A stretch of DNA of 64,000 bases from Desulfomicrobium sp. (GTDB lineage: Bacteria > Desulfobacterota > Desulfovibrionia > Desulfovibrionales > Desulfomicrobiaceae), in the NCBI GenBank assembly GCA_040768745.1, contig JAXGMI010000001.1, forward strand, positions 640,001-704,000. The letters run 5' to 3'. Each line of letters opens with the position of its first letter. The stretch's first letter is position 1. The notes under the pieces are model-generated. The model was not told where the DNA came from, did not search any database, and saw only the letters and a list, made by a program, of their open reading frames with translations. Made by a program: the position numbers and the translations under genes. Of the stretch, positions 20,786 to 34,906 are shown piece by piece.

Positions 20786-22138
20786 TCATTCCCCGGCGTC
20801 CAGAACAGCCAAAATTTCGGCGGTTTTTTCTGCCATCAGGGCGCAATCCCCGCGCGACTCCACATTGAGGCGCAGTACAGGCTCTGTGTTGGACGAGCGC
20901 AGGTTGAACCGCCAGTCCGCGAACTCCAGGCTCAGACCATCCGTGGTGTCACGGGCCAGGCTCTTCCTGCCGAAACGCCCTTCCACAGCGGCAATGGCAG
21001 CGGCCGCGTCCCTGACCGTGCGGTTGATCTCCCCGCTGGCCGGGTAGGCGGCCATGGCGTCGTCCACCAATTGGGCCAGGGTCTTGCCGCTGATGCAGAT
21101 CCGCTCGGCAACCAGCAGCCAGGGGATCATGCCCGAGTCGCAGTAGGCGAAATCGCGGAAGTAGTGGTGGGCGCTCATTTCTCCTCCGTACACGGCGTCT
21201 TCCAGGCGCATGCGTTCCTTGATGAAAGCATGGCCCGTCTTGGACATGAGGGGGCGTCCCCCGGCCGCGCTCACAGCGGCAATGGTGTTCCAGATCAGAC
21301 GCGGGTCATGAATGATGCCTGCCCCCGGAAACTTGCGGGAGAACGCCTCGCCCAGCAGTCCCACCACGTAGTATCCCTCGATGAACCGCCCCCTTCCATC
21401 GAAGAAGAAACAGCGATCAAAATCCCCGTCCCAGGCCAATCCCAGGTCTGCGCCCGTTGTCACGACGGCCCTCGAAGTCAGGTCCCGATTCTGCGGGAGA
21501 AGGGGATTGGGGACGCCGTTCGGAAAGTTTCCATCCGGTTCGTGCAGAATCTTGTGAAAGGTGAAGGGAAGCACGGGTTCGAGCAGATCGATCACGGCCC
21601 CTGCCCCGCCATTGCCCGCATTGGTCACGATGGAAAGAGGCGTCAGTTGTTTACGGTCCACATAGCTCAGCAGATGGTCCCGGTACCGCTCGCGCACGTT
21701 GAGTGGGCGCAACTGTCCAGCTCCTGTGGCGGCCTCGAACACCTCTGCCGCAGCCATGTCCCGAATGGCGAAGAGACCGGTATCCCCGCTGATGGGCCGC
21801 GAATCTTCGCGCACGAACTTCATCCCGTTGTAGTCCTTGGGATTGTGGCTGGCTGTGACCATGATCCCGCCGTCCAGACCCTGATCAAATACGGCGAAAT
21901 ACACTTCCTCGGTCCCGCATTCTCCCAAAAAGAAGACGTCCACCCCTGCATCGAGCAGTCCACGGGCCACAGCATCCGCCATGCCCGGGCTGGAAAGTCG
22001 GATGTCATGCCCGACAACCACCCGCGCGGGATGGAGGAAGGAGGCGTAGGCCCGGCCAATGCGGTAGGCCAGGGATTCGTCCAGTTCGTCCGGGACCCGT
22101 CCGCGGATGTCGTAGGCCTTGAAGCAGGAAAGGTTCAT
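20786..22138 (-). CDS. manB: phosphomannomutase/phosphoglucomutase (CpsG/ManB type)
   Basis: [14 protein letters not shown] phosphoserine motif, DGDFDR, GEMSAH, RSSNTEP. Confidence 0.92.
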   Translation of the reverse strand: MNLSCFKAYDIRGRVPDELDESLAYRIGRAYASFLHPARVVVGHDIRLSSPGMADAVARGLLDAGVDVFFLGECGTEEVYFAVFDQGLDGGIMVTASHNPKDYNGMKFVREDSRPISGDTGLFAIRDMAAAEVFEAATGAGQLRPLNVRERYRDHLLSYVDRKQLTPLSIVTNAGNGGAGAVIDLLEPVLPFTFHKILHEPDGNFPNGVPNPLLPQNRDLTSRAVVTTGADLGLAWDGDFDRCFFFDGRGRFIEGYYVVGLLGEAFSRKFPGAGIIHDPRLIWNTIAAVSAAGGRPLMSKTGHAFIKERMRLEDAVYGGEMSAHHYFRDFAYCDSGMIPWLLVAERICISGKTLAQLVDDAMAAYPASGEINRTVRDAAAAIAAVEGRFGRKSLARDTTDGLSLEFADWRFNLRSSNTEPVLRLNVESRGDCALMAEKTAEILAVLDAGE

Positions 22139-22395
22139 GTTCGGGGCTCCTGGGAATGGAAAAATTCTGTTGGCGTTGCGGTGCCGGGCACTCTCACGGC
22201 TATGCACGGATGGCCATCTTGATCAAGTGAAAAGGTGCCGATGTCCCATTGCGGTTCTGCCTGCAACCGGTGGATACTCCTCCTGGAATTTCCCGCAACT
22301 TCTTGCACTCGCCGCCCCATGATGTCAGACTGCCTTGCAGGCCCGCTCACCGGCCCGAAAAAGCCCATTCCACCACGACCAGCAACAGGATTCTC

Positions 22396-23604
22396 ATGGC
22401 CCCATCTTTCCTCAGTGCTTTTGCCCGGCCCCTCCGGCACCGCAATTTCCGCCTTTTCGCCTCTGGACAGATCATCTCCCTCATCGGCACCTGGGTCCAG
22501 AACGTGTCCGAGGCATGGCTGGTGTACCGACTGACGGGATCCAGCGCAGCCCTGGGACTGGTGCGCTTCGCGGGGCTAGCACCCGTCTTCGTCCTGGCCC
22601 TGGTCGGCGGGGACTGGGCCGACAGGGCCAACCGCCGGCACATCCTGATCGGGACCCAGACCGCGGCCATGGTTCTGGCCTTTGTCCTGGCGGTTCTCTG
22701 CTTCACGGATCGCGTTCAGGTCTGGATCATCGTCCTTCTGGCGGCGCTGCTGGGCGTGGTCAACGCCATCGACAACCCCACGCGGCAATCCTTCGTGGTC
22801 GAGATGGTCGGCAAGGAGGACCTACCCAGCGCCATCGGCTTCAACTCTTCCATGTTCCACCTGGCCCGCATCCTCGGACCCACGGCGGCAGGGATTCTGC
22901 TGGCCACTGTCGGCGAGGCGTGGTGCTTCACCATCAACGGTCTGTCCTTCGTGGCCGTGATCGTCTCCCTGATCCTCATGCGCCTGCCGCAGATTCCCAG
23001 GCCCGCCCCTCAGGGGCACATCTGGGCCCGTATCAGGACCGGCGTCGCCTACGCATGGACCACCCCGCCCATCCGCTCCCTGCTTGTCCTGGTGGCGGTC
23101 ATCAGCCTCTTCGGGTCCTCCTTTCTCGTGCTCATGCCGGTGGTGGCCAAGGAAGTCCTGGGACAGGGGGCAGACGGCTACAGTCTGCTCATGACTGCGG
23201 CCGGCCTCGGCAGCCTTGCCGGTGCCGTGACCCTGACCCTGCGCAAGACTGCCGGGCTATGGTCCCTGCGGGCCACGGCCAGCCTGGGCTTTGGCCTGAC
23301 CCTCATCCTCTTCGCCCTGTCCCGGACATTCTGGCTTTCCGCCCTGCTGGCCGTGCCCTGTGGGCTGTTCATGATCCTGCTCATGGCCACATCCAACACC
23401 TTGGTGCAAACCCTAACACCCGATGAACTGCGGGGCCGGGTCATGGCCCTGTTCGCCATGATGTTCATGGGCATGTCCCCCTTCGGCTCCCTCGGAGCGG
23501 GACTGCTGGCCGAGCACCTGGGTGTCGGATCGACTCTGGTCCTGTGTGGAACAGTCTGCCTCTCAGCCGGCCTCCTCCTCGGGTTCAGAAAACCTGCAAT
23601 CTGA
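22396..23604 (+). CDS. MFS transporter
   Basis: LRHRNFRLF..GTWVQ start; many TM segments; PDELRGRVMA motif. Confidence 0.88.
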   Translation: MAPSFLSAFARPLRHRNFRLFASGQIISLIGTWVQNVSEAWLVYRLTGSSAALGLVRFAGLAPVFVLALVGGDWADRANRRHILIGTQTAAMVLAFVLAVLCFTDRVQVWIIVLLAALLGVVNAIDNPTRQSFVVEMVGKEDLPSAIGFNSSMFHLARILGPTAAGILLATVGEAWCFTINGLSFVAVIVSLILMRLPQIPRPAPQGHIWARIRTGVAYAWTTPPIRSLLVLVAVISLFGSSFLVLMPVVAKEVLGQGADGYSLLMTAAGLGSLAGAVTLTLRKTAGLWSLRATASLGFGLTLILFALSRTFWLSALLAVPCGLFMILLMATSNTLVQTLTPDELRGRVMALFAMMFMGMSPFGSLGAGLLAEHLGVGSTLVLCGTVCLSAGLLLGFRKPAI

Positions 23605-23767
23605 AAAACGTGGCGGTTCATCCTCCAGCCACAGTGCTGGACAAAAATTCTCTCCATCTGCCGGTGCCGGATTCCCGTCCAAAAAATTTTATTCCAAAAT
23701 TACGATATGTTAAAAAACAAGGACGTCGATATAGATTCAGATTGACTTAAATAATAATTTCTACTAA

Positions 23768-23782
23768 AAGAAAATTATTCTT
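23768..23782. promoter_or_regulatory. candidate Fur/PerR 7-1-7 operator
   Basis: AAGAAAA-T-TATTCTT (one mismatch) just downstream of TTGACT (23742-23747), upstream of the Fur-family gene. Confidence 0.4.
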
Positions 23783-23817
23783 AATCAATACTGTTTAACA
23801 CTGGAAAAACCGCATCC

Positions 23818-24255
23818 ATGACTGACACCCGGCGCCTCGAACGCATGCTCCTGAGACTGCAGGAGCGCAATTTCAGGGTCACTCCGCAACGGCTCGAAGT
23901 CCTGTGCGTCCTTTCTCAAAGCAGAGGACACCCGTCAGTGGAGCAGATCCATGCCCAGGTACGGGACAAATTCCCCACCACCAGCCTGGCCACAACCTAC
24001 AAGACCGTGGCTTTGCTGAAGGAGATCGACGAGGTCCTGGAACTGGGTTTTGGCGATGGCAGCAACCGCTACGACGGGTTCAAACCCTTTCCCCACCCCC
24101 ACGTCATCTGTACCCGCTGCCACAAGATCCTGGACCCGGATCTGTCCATGCTCCAGGACATGGCCGAAGAAGCAGCCAGAGAAACGGGATTCCGCATCCT
24201 GACCCACCGGCTCGACTTTTTCGGGTTGTGTCCCGACTGTCAGGAAAAACCATGA
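23818..24255 (+). CDS. perR: Fur family peroxide-sensing repressor (PerR-like)
   Basis: RVTPQR, HPSVE, SLATTYKT, HPHVICTRC..CPDC; directly upstream of catalase. Confidence 0.8.
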   Translation: MTDTRRLERMLLRLQERNFRVTPQRLEVLCVLSQSRGHPSVEQIHAQVRDKFPTTSLATTYKTVALLKEIDEVLELGFGDGSNRYDGFKPFPHPHVICTRCHKILDPDLSMLQDMAEEAARETGFRILTHRLDFFGLCPDCQEKP

Positions 24256-24381
24256 GCATACCCCAGGCAACGAGTCAGGCCTCCCTGGTGGAGGACAACC
24301 AACCAGCCCTGGATGCCTTCAGGGCATGCGTTGATCCGCACCGGGAGCACCCTTCTCCACAACAATGAACAGGAGGATCGT

Positions 24382-25860
24382 ATGAGCACCAAAAAGAAAC
24401 CGACCGCCAAAACGAAACTGACCACCAACGCCGGGGCCCCGGTTCCCAACAACCAGGATATTCTGACTGCCGGACCGCGCGGCCCGCAGCTGCTTCAGGA
24501 TGTCTGGTTTCTCGAAAAGCTGGCCCACTTCGACCGCGAGGTCATTCCGGAGCGGCGCATGCACGCCAAAGGATCTGGCGCCTACGGAACCTTCACCGTG
24601 ACCCACGACATCACCAAGTACACCAGGGCCAAGATTTTCTCCCAGATCGGCAAGAAAACCGATTTGTTCGCGCGCTTCTCCACCGTCGCCGGCCTGCGCG
24701 GCGCGGCCGATGCCGAACGCGACATCCGAGGCTTCGCCCTCAAATTCTACACCGAAGAGGGGAACTGGGACCTGGTCGGCAACAACACCCCGGTGTTCTT
24801 TTTCCGCGACCCGCTCAAGTTCCCGGACCTCAACCACGTGGTCAAGCGCGACCCGCGGACCAACATGCACAACCCGACGAGCAACTGGGACTTCTGGACC
24901 AATCTGCCCGAGGCCCTGCACCAGGTGACCATCGTCATGAGCGACCGCGGCATCCCGGCCAGCTATCGCCACATGCACGGTTTTGGTTCGCACACCTTCA
25001 GCTTCATCAACGCCAAAAACGAACGTTTCTGGTGTAAATTCCACTTCAAATCCCAGCAGGGCATCAAGAACCTGACCGACGCCGAGGCCGAGGCCATTAT
25101 CGGCAAGGACCGTGAGAGCCACCAGCGCGACCTCTACGAAGCCATCGAGCGGGGGGATTTCCCGCGCTGGACCCTGTTCGTGCAGGTGATGACCGAGGAA
25201 CAGGCGGCCAATCTGCCCTACCATCCGTTCGACCTGACCAAGGTCTGGTACAAGAAGGACGCCCCGCTCATGGAGGTGGGAGTGCTGGAACTGAACAAAA
25301 ACCCCGAGAACTACTTCGCCGAGGTTGAACAGGCCGCCTTCAACCCGGCCAACGTGGTGCCCGGCATCAGCTTTTCGCCGGACAAGATGCTCCAGGGCCG
25401 GCTTTTCTCCTACGGCGATGCCCAGCGCTACCGCCTCGGAGTCAACCATCACCTTATCCCGGTGAACAAAGCCCGCTGCCCCATGCACAGCTATCACCGC
25501 GACGGCCTGATGCGGGTGGACGGCAACTACGGCTCCACCATTCCATACGACACCAACAGCTACGGCGAGTGGCAGGAACAGCCCGACTTTTCCGAGCCGC
25601 CGCTGAGCCTGTCCGGGGCGGCCGACCGCTGGAACGCCCGCGACGACGACAGCGATTACTTCACCCAGCCGGGCAAGCTCTTCCGCCTGATGACCAAGGG
25701 GCAGCAGAAGGTGCTCTTTGAGAACACGGCCCGGGCCATGGCCGGAGTCCCCCAGGAGATCATGATGCGCCACATCACCCACTGCTCCAAGGCCGACCCG
25801 GAATACGGCAAGGGCGTGGCCAAGGCCCTGAAGATCAATTTGAGCGACCTGCCGAAATAA
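24382..25860 (+). CDS. katA: monofunctional heme catalase
   Basis: [47 protein letters not shown]. Confidence 0.96.
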   Translation: MSTKKKPTAKTKLTTNAGAPVPNNQDILTAGPRGPQLLQDVWFLEKLAHFDREVIPERRMHAKGSGAYGTFTVTHDITKYTRAKIFSQIGKKTDLFARFSTVAGLRGAADAERDIRGFALKFYTEEGNWDLVGNNTPVFFFRDPLKFPDLNHVVKRDPRTNMHNPTSNWDFWTNLPEALHQVTIVMSDRGIPASYRHMHGFGSHTFSFINAKNERFWCKFHFKSQQGIKNLTDAEAEAIIGKDRESHQRDLYEAIERGDFPRWTLFVQVMTEEQAANLPYHPFDLTKVWYKKDAPLMEVGVLELNKNPENYFAEVEQAAFNPANVVPGISFSPDKMLQGRLFSYGDAQRYRLGVNHHLIPVNKARCPMHSYHRDGLMRVDGNYGSTIPYDTNSYGEWQEQPDFSEPPLSLSGAADRWNARDDDSDYFTQPGKLFRLMTKGQQKVLFENTARAMAGVPQEIMMRHITHCSKADPEYGKGVAKALKINLSDLPK

Positions 25861-25878
25861 TCAGATCTGCCAGACAGG

Positions 25879-25914
25879 AATACGGGCTGCTCTCAGGGGC
25901 AGCCCGTATTTGTT
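25879..25914 (+). terminator. terminator hairpin after catalase
   Basis: AATACGGGCTGC-N8-GCAGCCCGTATT then TGTT. Confidence 0.75.
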
Positions 25915-26006
25915 GCCGCTGTTCTTCTGGCAGCCCCCCCAAACAAAAAGGCCGGAGACCCCCCACAAGAGGGGCCCGGCCGCATGTGCAGTGCCTTGGG
26001 CCGTCG

Positions 26007-27404
26007 TCAGTATCCCTTGAGCTTGTCGATGAATTCCGGGAGCCACAGCGAAAGCTGCGGCACATAGGTGACGACGACCAGGAAGCCGAGTAGAATGCTT
26101 AGCCAGGGCATGGCCGCCCGGACCACCCAGGCAATATCCCGCTTGGTGATGCCGGCCGTGACAAAGAGGTTCAGGCCCACCGGCGGGGTGATCAGCCCGA
26201 TTTCCATGTTCACCACGCAGATGATGCCCAGGTGGATGGGGTCGATCCCCAGTTTGACCGCAATGGGAAAGAGGATCGGGATCATGATCATGGTGATGGC
26301 CGACGGCTCCATGAAGTTTCCGGCGATGAGCAGCAGGATGTTCACCACGATGAGGAAGCCCCAGGCCGGCAGGCCCCACCCGACAATGGCCTCGGCGATG
26401 ATGTGCGGGATGCGCTCCGTGGTCAGCACGTGGGCGAAGAGCATGGCGTTGCCGATGATGAAGAGGAGCATGATGCTGACCTTGGCCGCGTCGAGCACCA
26501 CATGCCGCACTTCCGGATGCACGACGGACCGGGGGAGGGCCAGGGCGCTCTGCCACATGCCGCGCACCAGGGCCGAGGGCAGCGCCTCGTCCTTGGCGCG
26601 CCAGGGCACGCCCTTCAACGGCCCCATGTCCCGGTAGACGAAAATGGCAACCCAGTAGGCGTACACGGCCGAAACGGCCGCCGCCTCGGTGGGGCTGCAC
26701 ACGCCCCCATAGATGGTCCCCAGCACGATGATGACCAGCATGAGGCCGCCCAGGGCGGAGAATCCGGACCGGAAAATCTGCCCGAACCCCGGCCAGCCCA
26801 GGGAGGGCAGGTTCTTGATGCGGGCCACGATGTAGATGCCCAGCATCAGCAGAAGTCCCAGGGTTATGCCAGGGATGAACCCGGCCATGAACAGCCGGGC
26901 CGCCGATTCCTGGGTGGCCGCCGCGTACACGAGCATGACGATGGACGGCGGAATGAGGATGCCCAGGGTGCCGGCGTTGCAGATGACCCCGGCGGCGAGA
27001 CTTTCGGGATAGCCCGAGCGGACCATGCCGCCGATGACGATGCTGCCGATGGCCGCCACCGTGGCGGGCGAGGAGCCGGACACGGCGGCAAAGAGCATGC
27101 AGGCCAGGACCGAGGCCATGGCCAACCCACCCTTGATGTGGCCGACACAGTCCAGGGCGAAATTGATCAGCCGTTTGGCCACCCCGCCTGTGGACAGGAA
27201 CTGGGAGGACAGGATGAAGAACGGGATGGCCAGCAGGGTATAGTGTTCGGAAACCGACTCGAAAAGCTTCAGGGCGATGGACGCCAGGGAGTCGTTGGAA
27301 AAGAACAGAATGGTGGTGATGCTCGACAGCCCCAGGGCGATGGCAATGGGCATGCCCGTGGCGATGAAGAGGAACAGCAGGGTGAAAAGGGCCGCAGAGG
27401 TCAT
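26007..27404 (-). CDS. dctM: TRAP transporter large permease
   Basis: LLAIPFF, SGSSPAT, LGILIPPS, ITPPVGLNLF. Confidence 0.93.
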   Translation of the reverse strand: MTSAALFTLLFLFIATGMPIAIALGLSSITTILFFSNDSLASIALKLFESVSEHYTLLAIPFFILSSQFLSTGGVAKRLINFALDCVGHIKGGLAMASVLACMLFAAVSGSSPATVAAIGSIVIGGMVRSGYPESLAAGVICNAGTLGILIPPSIVMLVYAAATQESAARLFMAGFIPGITLGLLLMLGIYIVARIKNLPSLGWPGFGQIFRSGFSALGGLMLVIIVLGTIYGGVCSPTEAAAVSAVYAYWVAIFVYRDMGPLKGVPWRAKDEALPSALVRGMWQSALALPRSVVHPEVRHVVLDAAKVSIMLLFIIGNAMLFAHVLTTERIPHIIAEAIVGWGLPAWGFLIVVNILLLIAGNFMEPSAITMIMIPILFPIAVKLGIDPIHLGIICVVNMEIGLITPPVGLNLFVTAGITKRDIAWVVRAAMPWLSILLGFLVVVTYVPQLSLWLPEFIDKLKGY

Positions 27405-27949
27405 TCGTCGTCTCCTTCCAGGTCAACTACCTCTTTTTTGGCCAGCTGCATGCTTTCCTTGGCCTCGTCCAGAAGCTTGAATCCTTCGGCCCGCCCCTGG
27501 ATGACCGCCCACAGGAGGTGGAGCAGCCTCACGGCCAGCATGGCCATGCCTACGAACAGGATACTGTAGGCCACCCATTTGGGAATGGGGATGTCATGGA
27601 GGTGAATACCGATCTTGATGAGTTTGCCGAGGAAGACCCAGGAGCCAAACAGAAACAGGCCGCAATAGGCCAGGCACAGAAGGATGGCCACGATGCCGAC
27701 AGTGCGGCGCACATGCGCTGGAAAGAGCTTGACCAGGGCGTCCACCCCGATGTGCGACCCCACCTTGATGCCGTAGGACACACCGAACATGACCATCCAG
27801 CCAGAAAGCAGTAGCGTCAATTCCTGCGCCCACATGATCCCGACATTGAAGCCGAAGCGCAAGACCACTTCCACAAAAACCAGAAGCGTCATGGCCGCCA
27901 GGAGGAGGGAAATGATCCCCTCCTCCAGCTTGTTGATGAAGGTATTCAT
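27401..27949 (-). CDS. dctQ: TRAP transporter small permease
   Basis: four TM segments, WAQEL and HIGVD motifs; between dctP and dctM. Confidence 0.9.
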   Translation of the reverse strand: MNTFINKLEEGIISLLLAAMTLLVFVEVVLRFGFNVGIMWAQELTLLLSGWMVMFGVSYGIKVGSHIGVDALVKLFPAHVRRTVGIVAILLCLAYCGLFLFGSWVFLGKLIKIGIHLHDIPIPKWVAYSILFVGMAMLAVRLLHLLWAVIQGRAEGFKLLDEAKESMQLAKKEVVDLEGDDE

Positions 27950-27958
27950 GGACAGAGA

Positions 27959-28948
27959 CTAGTTGTTGGCGGCGATGGCGGCAGCAAGGTTTTCCTTGCC
28001 CACGGCCTCTTCGAACTTCTTCCACACGGGCTTCATTGCTTCAACCCAGGCTTGGCGTTCTTCCGGAGTCAAGGTGATGAGCTGGGAACGCTTGGAGTCG
28101 ATGATCTTCTGCTTGTCTTCCAGATCCTTCTGCGCGGACACCTTGTTGCCCAACGCGATGGACTCCTTCAGGCATCCTTCCAGGACCGTGCGGATGTCAG
28201 CGGGCAGCCCCTCCCAGAACTCCGACGAACTGACAACCAGATAGTCCAGAACGCCGTGATTGGATTCAGTGATGTAGGACTGCACCTCGTAGAACTTCTG
28301 CGAATAGAGGTTGGACCAGGGGTTTTCCGCGCCATCGATGGCCTTGGTCTGCAGCAGGGTGAAGACCTCGGAAAAGGGCTTCTTAATGGGCATGGCTCCC
28401 ACGGCCTCGAACTGTGCGGCCAGGACGTCGGAGGTCATGATGCGGAATTTCTTGTTCTTGGCATCACTGGGAAGACGGATGGGATCACTTGCCGAAAGCA
28501 CCTTGAACCCGTTGTGCAGATAGCCCAGCCCGATAATGCCCTTGTCCTTCATGGAGTGAATCATAGCCTGACCATGGGGACCCTGCTGGAACTTGTCCAC
28601 AGCCGCCATGTCCTTGAACAGGAAGGGCAGGTCATAGATCTGCAGCAGAGGCGTGTACTTCTGAAACTTAGCCAATGCCGGGGCTATGAGATGCACGTCG
28701 CCCAGCAAAAGAGCCTCCATTTCATTCGTATCCCCGAAAAGCTGCGAGTTGGGGTAGACCTCCACCACGACCTTGCCGGCCAAACGTTCGGCCACGAGAT
28801 CGCGGAACTTGTTGGCCATGATGCCCTTGGGCGTGTCTTCAGCCACGACATGGGAAAACTTGATCACAATGGGAGCAGCGATGGCGGATGCAGCACACAG
28901 AAAAACCGCAGTCACCACAAACGCAAGAATGGCCTTCAGCTTCAACAT
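27959..28948 (-). CDS. dctP: TRAP C4-dicarboxylate-type solute-binding protein
   Basis: signal peptide; IKFSHVV..TPKG, VYPNSQL, KFRI, DGAENP. Confidence 0.92.
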   Translation of the reverse strand: MLKLKAILAFVVTAVFLCAASAIAAPIVIKFSHVVAEDTPKGIMANKFRDLVAERLAGKVVVEVYPNSQLFGDTNEMEALLLGDVHLIAPALAKFQKYTPLLQIYDLPFLFKDMAAVDKFQQGPHGQAMIHSMKDKGIIGLGYLHNGFKVLSASDPIRLPSDAKNKKFRIMTSDVLAAQFEAVGAMPIKKPFSEVFTLLQTKAIDGAENPWSNLYSQKFYEVQSYITESNHGVLDYLVVSSSEFWEGLPADIRTVLEGCLKESIALGNKVSAQKDLEDKQKIIDSKRSQLITLTPEERQAWVEAMKPVWKKFEEAVGKENLAAAIAANN

Positions 28949-29444
28949 TCCGGGTACCCTCCATACAGTTAAATTTGTTTGCGTATAACTATACGCAGCG
29001 AGCCTTTTTCGCAATACATTTCAAGCAAATCGTCATTTTTTGTTCTAGGAAGGCCCTCGGGAAGCTCCAAATCGATTGAACAAACGATCAATTTGCAAGC
29101 TCAGATTTTTCCCTTTTTTCGCCAATACATAAAAAAATACAGTCAATTTCTGTTTACAATGAATTGCATGCGGAAAAATACGGATTCTGCTGAACGGGCA
29201 AGATGCACTAGGTAGTGCAGTTGACTCTCGATCATACTGGCCCATCGTGCCTCCTGCCAGACCTTCCGGCACAGCGTGACGGCTGCGTCTTTGGAAGCAA
29301 CTGCTCGTTTTCCTTGTGCTGCTGACACCCTGAAAAGGAAAACGCAGCGCAGGGTCAGACTTCTCCGAACCCGGCGCTGCGTCTCCATGGAATGCGGTCC
29401 AGCTCAAATGCTGATGCCGGACCGCGTGTCCGCCAAGAGCAAGC

Positions 29445-32639
<3,195 letters not shown>

Positions 32640-32875
32640 GTGGGAACAACCTTGGGATGTGGGTGTATGGATGCCAGCCGGGCGCGGTGGTTGCGTTCGC
32701 TGGTGTGTGCGCAAGGACGGGGATGGCCGCAGCCGTCGTTCACCGCGAGCAGAGACGTATGTCAAAAGGAAGTTTTATTCAATGACCCTGCGTGGCGGCT
32801 GATGTGACGAGCCCCAAACCGTGGCAGCAGAAGGGATGCAGGACAAGCAGAGCAGGAGGCAGTTCTGGGTCTGGG

Positions 32876-33244
32876 TCACGCGGGGAAGTATTCCCTTTCG
32901 TCGCCACCATGGCTGAATACGATCTCGAAAATCGAGGATGCAAGGATCCAGAAGACAGCAGAGACTCCCCCGGACAGCCATCCAAAAAAATCAGCCAATG
33001 AAATTCCCAGGAATTGAGAGATGTTAGGAGTCAAGTTGGCAAGAAGGAGAATGCATAAATCGCCGGGATAAAAATACAGCCATTTGAACCACAGCATCAC
33101 GTCATTCAGTGTCAGCGCCCCACAGCAATCCATGTCTGCAACGAAAGACCATTGCCGGAATCCCAAGGAAAAACCTTCCATGCCGACAAGCTTGAGGGCG
33201 ATGACGGAGTGGAACAGGAGCAAGTAAAAAACAATGCTACGCAT
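32876..33244 (-). CDS. hypothetical membrane protein
   Basis: GGGGA RBS-like site; hydrophobic ORF with WLYFYPGD motif. Confidence 0.5.
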   Translation of the reverse strand: MRSIVFYLLLFHSVIALKLVGMEGFSLGFRQWSFVADMDCCGALTLNDVMLWFKWLYFYPGDLCILLLANLTPNISQFLGISLADFFGWLSGGVSAVFWILASSIFEIVFSHGGDEREYFPA

Positions 33245-33879
33245 GGCCACGCTTTCCCCTAATTTTGCATGGCAAATACTGCAAAAAAACAAATCATGCA
33301 ATAAATCCAGATCACATTTTTTCATTTTTTTAAAGATATCAGTGCAAGGAATGTTCAGCTGGCGCACACCAAGAAATACCCAAAAATTATGTTGAAAAAA
33401 TTGAATGAGGGTCAAAGCAAAAAATGAAATGATCTTCAAAGAATGTTTTGATTACATTAAAACTGAAATTGTGTTCATCCGCAGAAAACTCGCAAATATG
33501 ACTTCCCGCTTTGTCGAATTGACATGCTCCGACAAATATATGGAATGACAATGAAAAAATATAATGCAGGTTTTAAACCATTATTCGACTTAAAAAAATT
33601 CTTTGTTGCTTGTTTTGCAGTGTCTGCAGGAACGTGGGGCGAGATGTTACGCTTGGCGTGTTGAACAGTACAGGACGCAGGACCAATCCTGAATATATGT
33701 GATTCTACATAATTACTGAAATTATGAAAAATATAAAGATTGTCGTTTGTGTCCCCTGTCTGCACGTCGTTCTTTCCGGATTGTGGATTGCCAAAGACTT
33801 GGGTCACCTCCACAACATTAATCATCCGGATACCATGCAGGCCATTGGCACGGGCTTCTGTGAACGGTCTTGACATGCG

Positions 33880-33895
33880 ATTAACTTTTGTAAAT
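33880..33895. promoter_or_regulatory. candidate operator 1 of the CI/LexA-like repressor
   Basis: ATTAAC-TTTT-GTAAAT (one mismatch to palindrome) just downstream of TTGACA at 33870-33875. Confidence 0.55.
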
Positions 33896-33919
33896 TATCG
33901 TCTGCATGGGGAGCATCGT

Positions 33920-34549
33920 ATGAATTTCGACGGATTCTTCCAGAGAGTGGCCAAGACCACTGACATCACAACCCAGAAAGAACTGGCCAATCTGCTGGGC
34001 ATCGAGCCCGCGGCCATCACCCTGGCCAAGCGCAGAGGCGTCCCCAAGTCCTGGATGCTGACCATATCCTCCATGTTTGGAGTCAACCCGAATTGGCTCA
34101 AGACAGGTACAGGATCGGTCTACCTGCACGATCAGGGCAAGGCCGTGTTCATTCCCAAGGTGTCGGCCAAGGCATGCGCCGGAGCCGGATCTCTTGAATT
34201 GGCGGACACAATTGTTGGCGAATTGCCGTTCGATCGGTCCTGGCTCGGCAAAAAGGGCAATTCAGGACACATGGTCGCCATGGAAGTCACGGGTGACAGC
34301 ATGTTTCCGGAACTGGAACCGGGTGACACCATCCTTGTGGACCAGAGCCAGAACCAGGTTGCCGACAACAGCCTCTACGTCGTGGCTGTAGCGGACACCA
34401 TCCAGGTCAAACGTGTACAGCTCCTCCCCGGTCTGGTCGTTCTGTTCAGCACAAACCAGCGCTATCCCCCCATCACCCTGCAGGGGGATGAGATCGAGAC
34501 TCTGCGGGTCATAGGACGGGTGCTGTGGAGCAGCCGCAGCTACGCATAG
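33920..34549 (+). CDS. CI/LexA-like repressor (HTH + S24 autopeptidase)
   Basis: N-terminal HTH (QKELANLLGIEPAAIT), Ala-Gly site ACAGAG, catalytic GDSM and VKR; GGGGAG RBS. Confidence 0.9.
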   Translation: MNFDGFFQRVAKTTDITTQKELANLLGIEPAAITLAKRRGVPKSWMLTISSMFGVNPNWLKTGTGSVYLHDQGKAVFIPKVSAKACAGAGSLELADTIVGELPFDRSWLGKKGNSGHMVAMEVTGDSMFPELEPGDTILVDQSQNQVADNSLYVVAVADTIQVKRVQLLPGLVVLFSTNQRYPPITLQGDEIETLRVIGRVLWSSRSYA

Positions 34550-34568
34550 AATTTTTTTGTCCCTCATG

Positions 34569-34584
34569 ATTAACAAAGGTTAAT
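34569..34584. promoter_or_regulatory. candidate operator 2 of the CI/LexA-like repressor
   Basis: perfect palindrome ATTAAC-AAAG-GTTAAT 24 nt upstream of the small ORF start. Confidence 0.6.
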
Positions 34585-34608
34585 TTTCAAATCACAGGGA
34601 GGTCTGTC

Positions 34609-34767
34609 ATGCAGCAGAGATTTTGTGAATGTGGGCATCCGGTCCTGGTGGCCTACGTGATCACACGCAAGGGCGTGTGGCACCTGTACAAGGTGGACAT
34701 GAAGATCGGAAGCCCGATGCGCTGTCCGTCATGCGGCAGGCATATCGATATCAACGAGCTGAGGTAG
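34609..34767 (+). CDS. 52-aa putative zinc-ribbon protein (not in ORF track)
   Basis: AGGGAGG RBS; MQQRFCECGHPVLVAYVITRKGVWHLYKVDMKIGSPMRCPSCGRHIDINELR with CxC..CxxC. Confidence 0.7.
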   Translation: MQQRFCECGHPVLVAYVITRKGVWHLYKVDMKIGSPMRCPSCGRHIDINELR

Positions 34768-34906
34768 GCGGATTTGCACCGATTGCACAGCTGCACGTTG
34801 CGCCTGCATGCCCGATTATCCTGGTCGGGGCCAGGTTGTGCTGCACGGATGACGTGCCGGGATCCGGAACGCTTTTGCATCAGATGGTTGAGAAGCGCAG
34901 GGAGCT

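Noticed and set aside
33846..33861. sigma54 promoter TGGCACGGGCTTCTGT
   Set aside because: Good -24 element but no GC at the -12 position.
33475..33876. 133-aa minus-strand ORF in AT-rich spacer
   Set aside because: No recognisable motifs or RBS; overlaps the repressor promoter.
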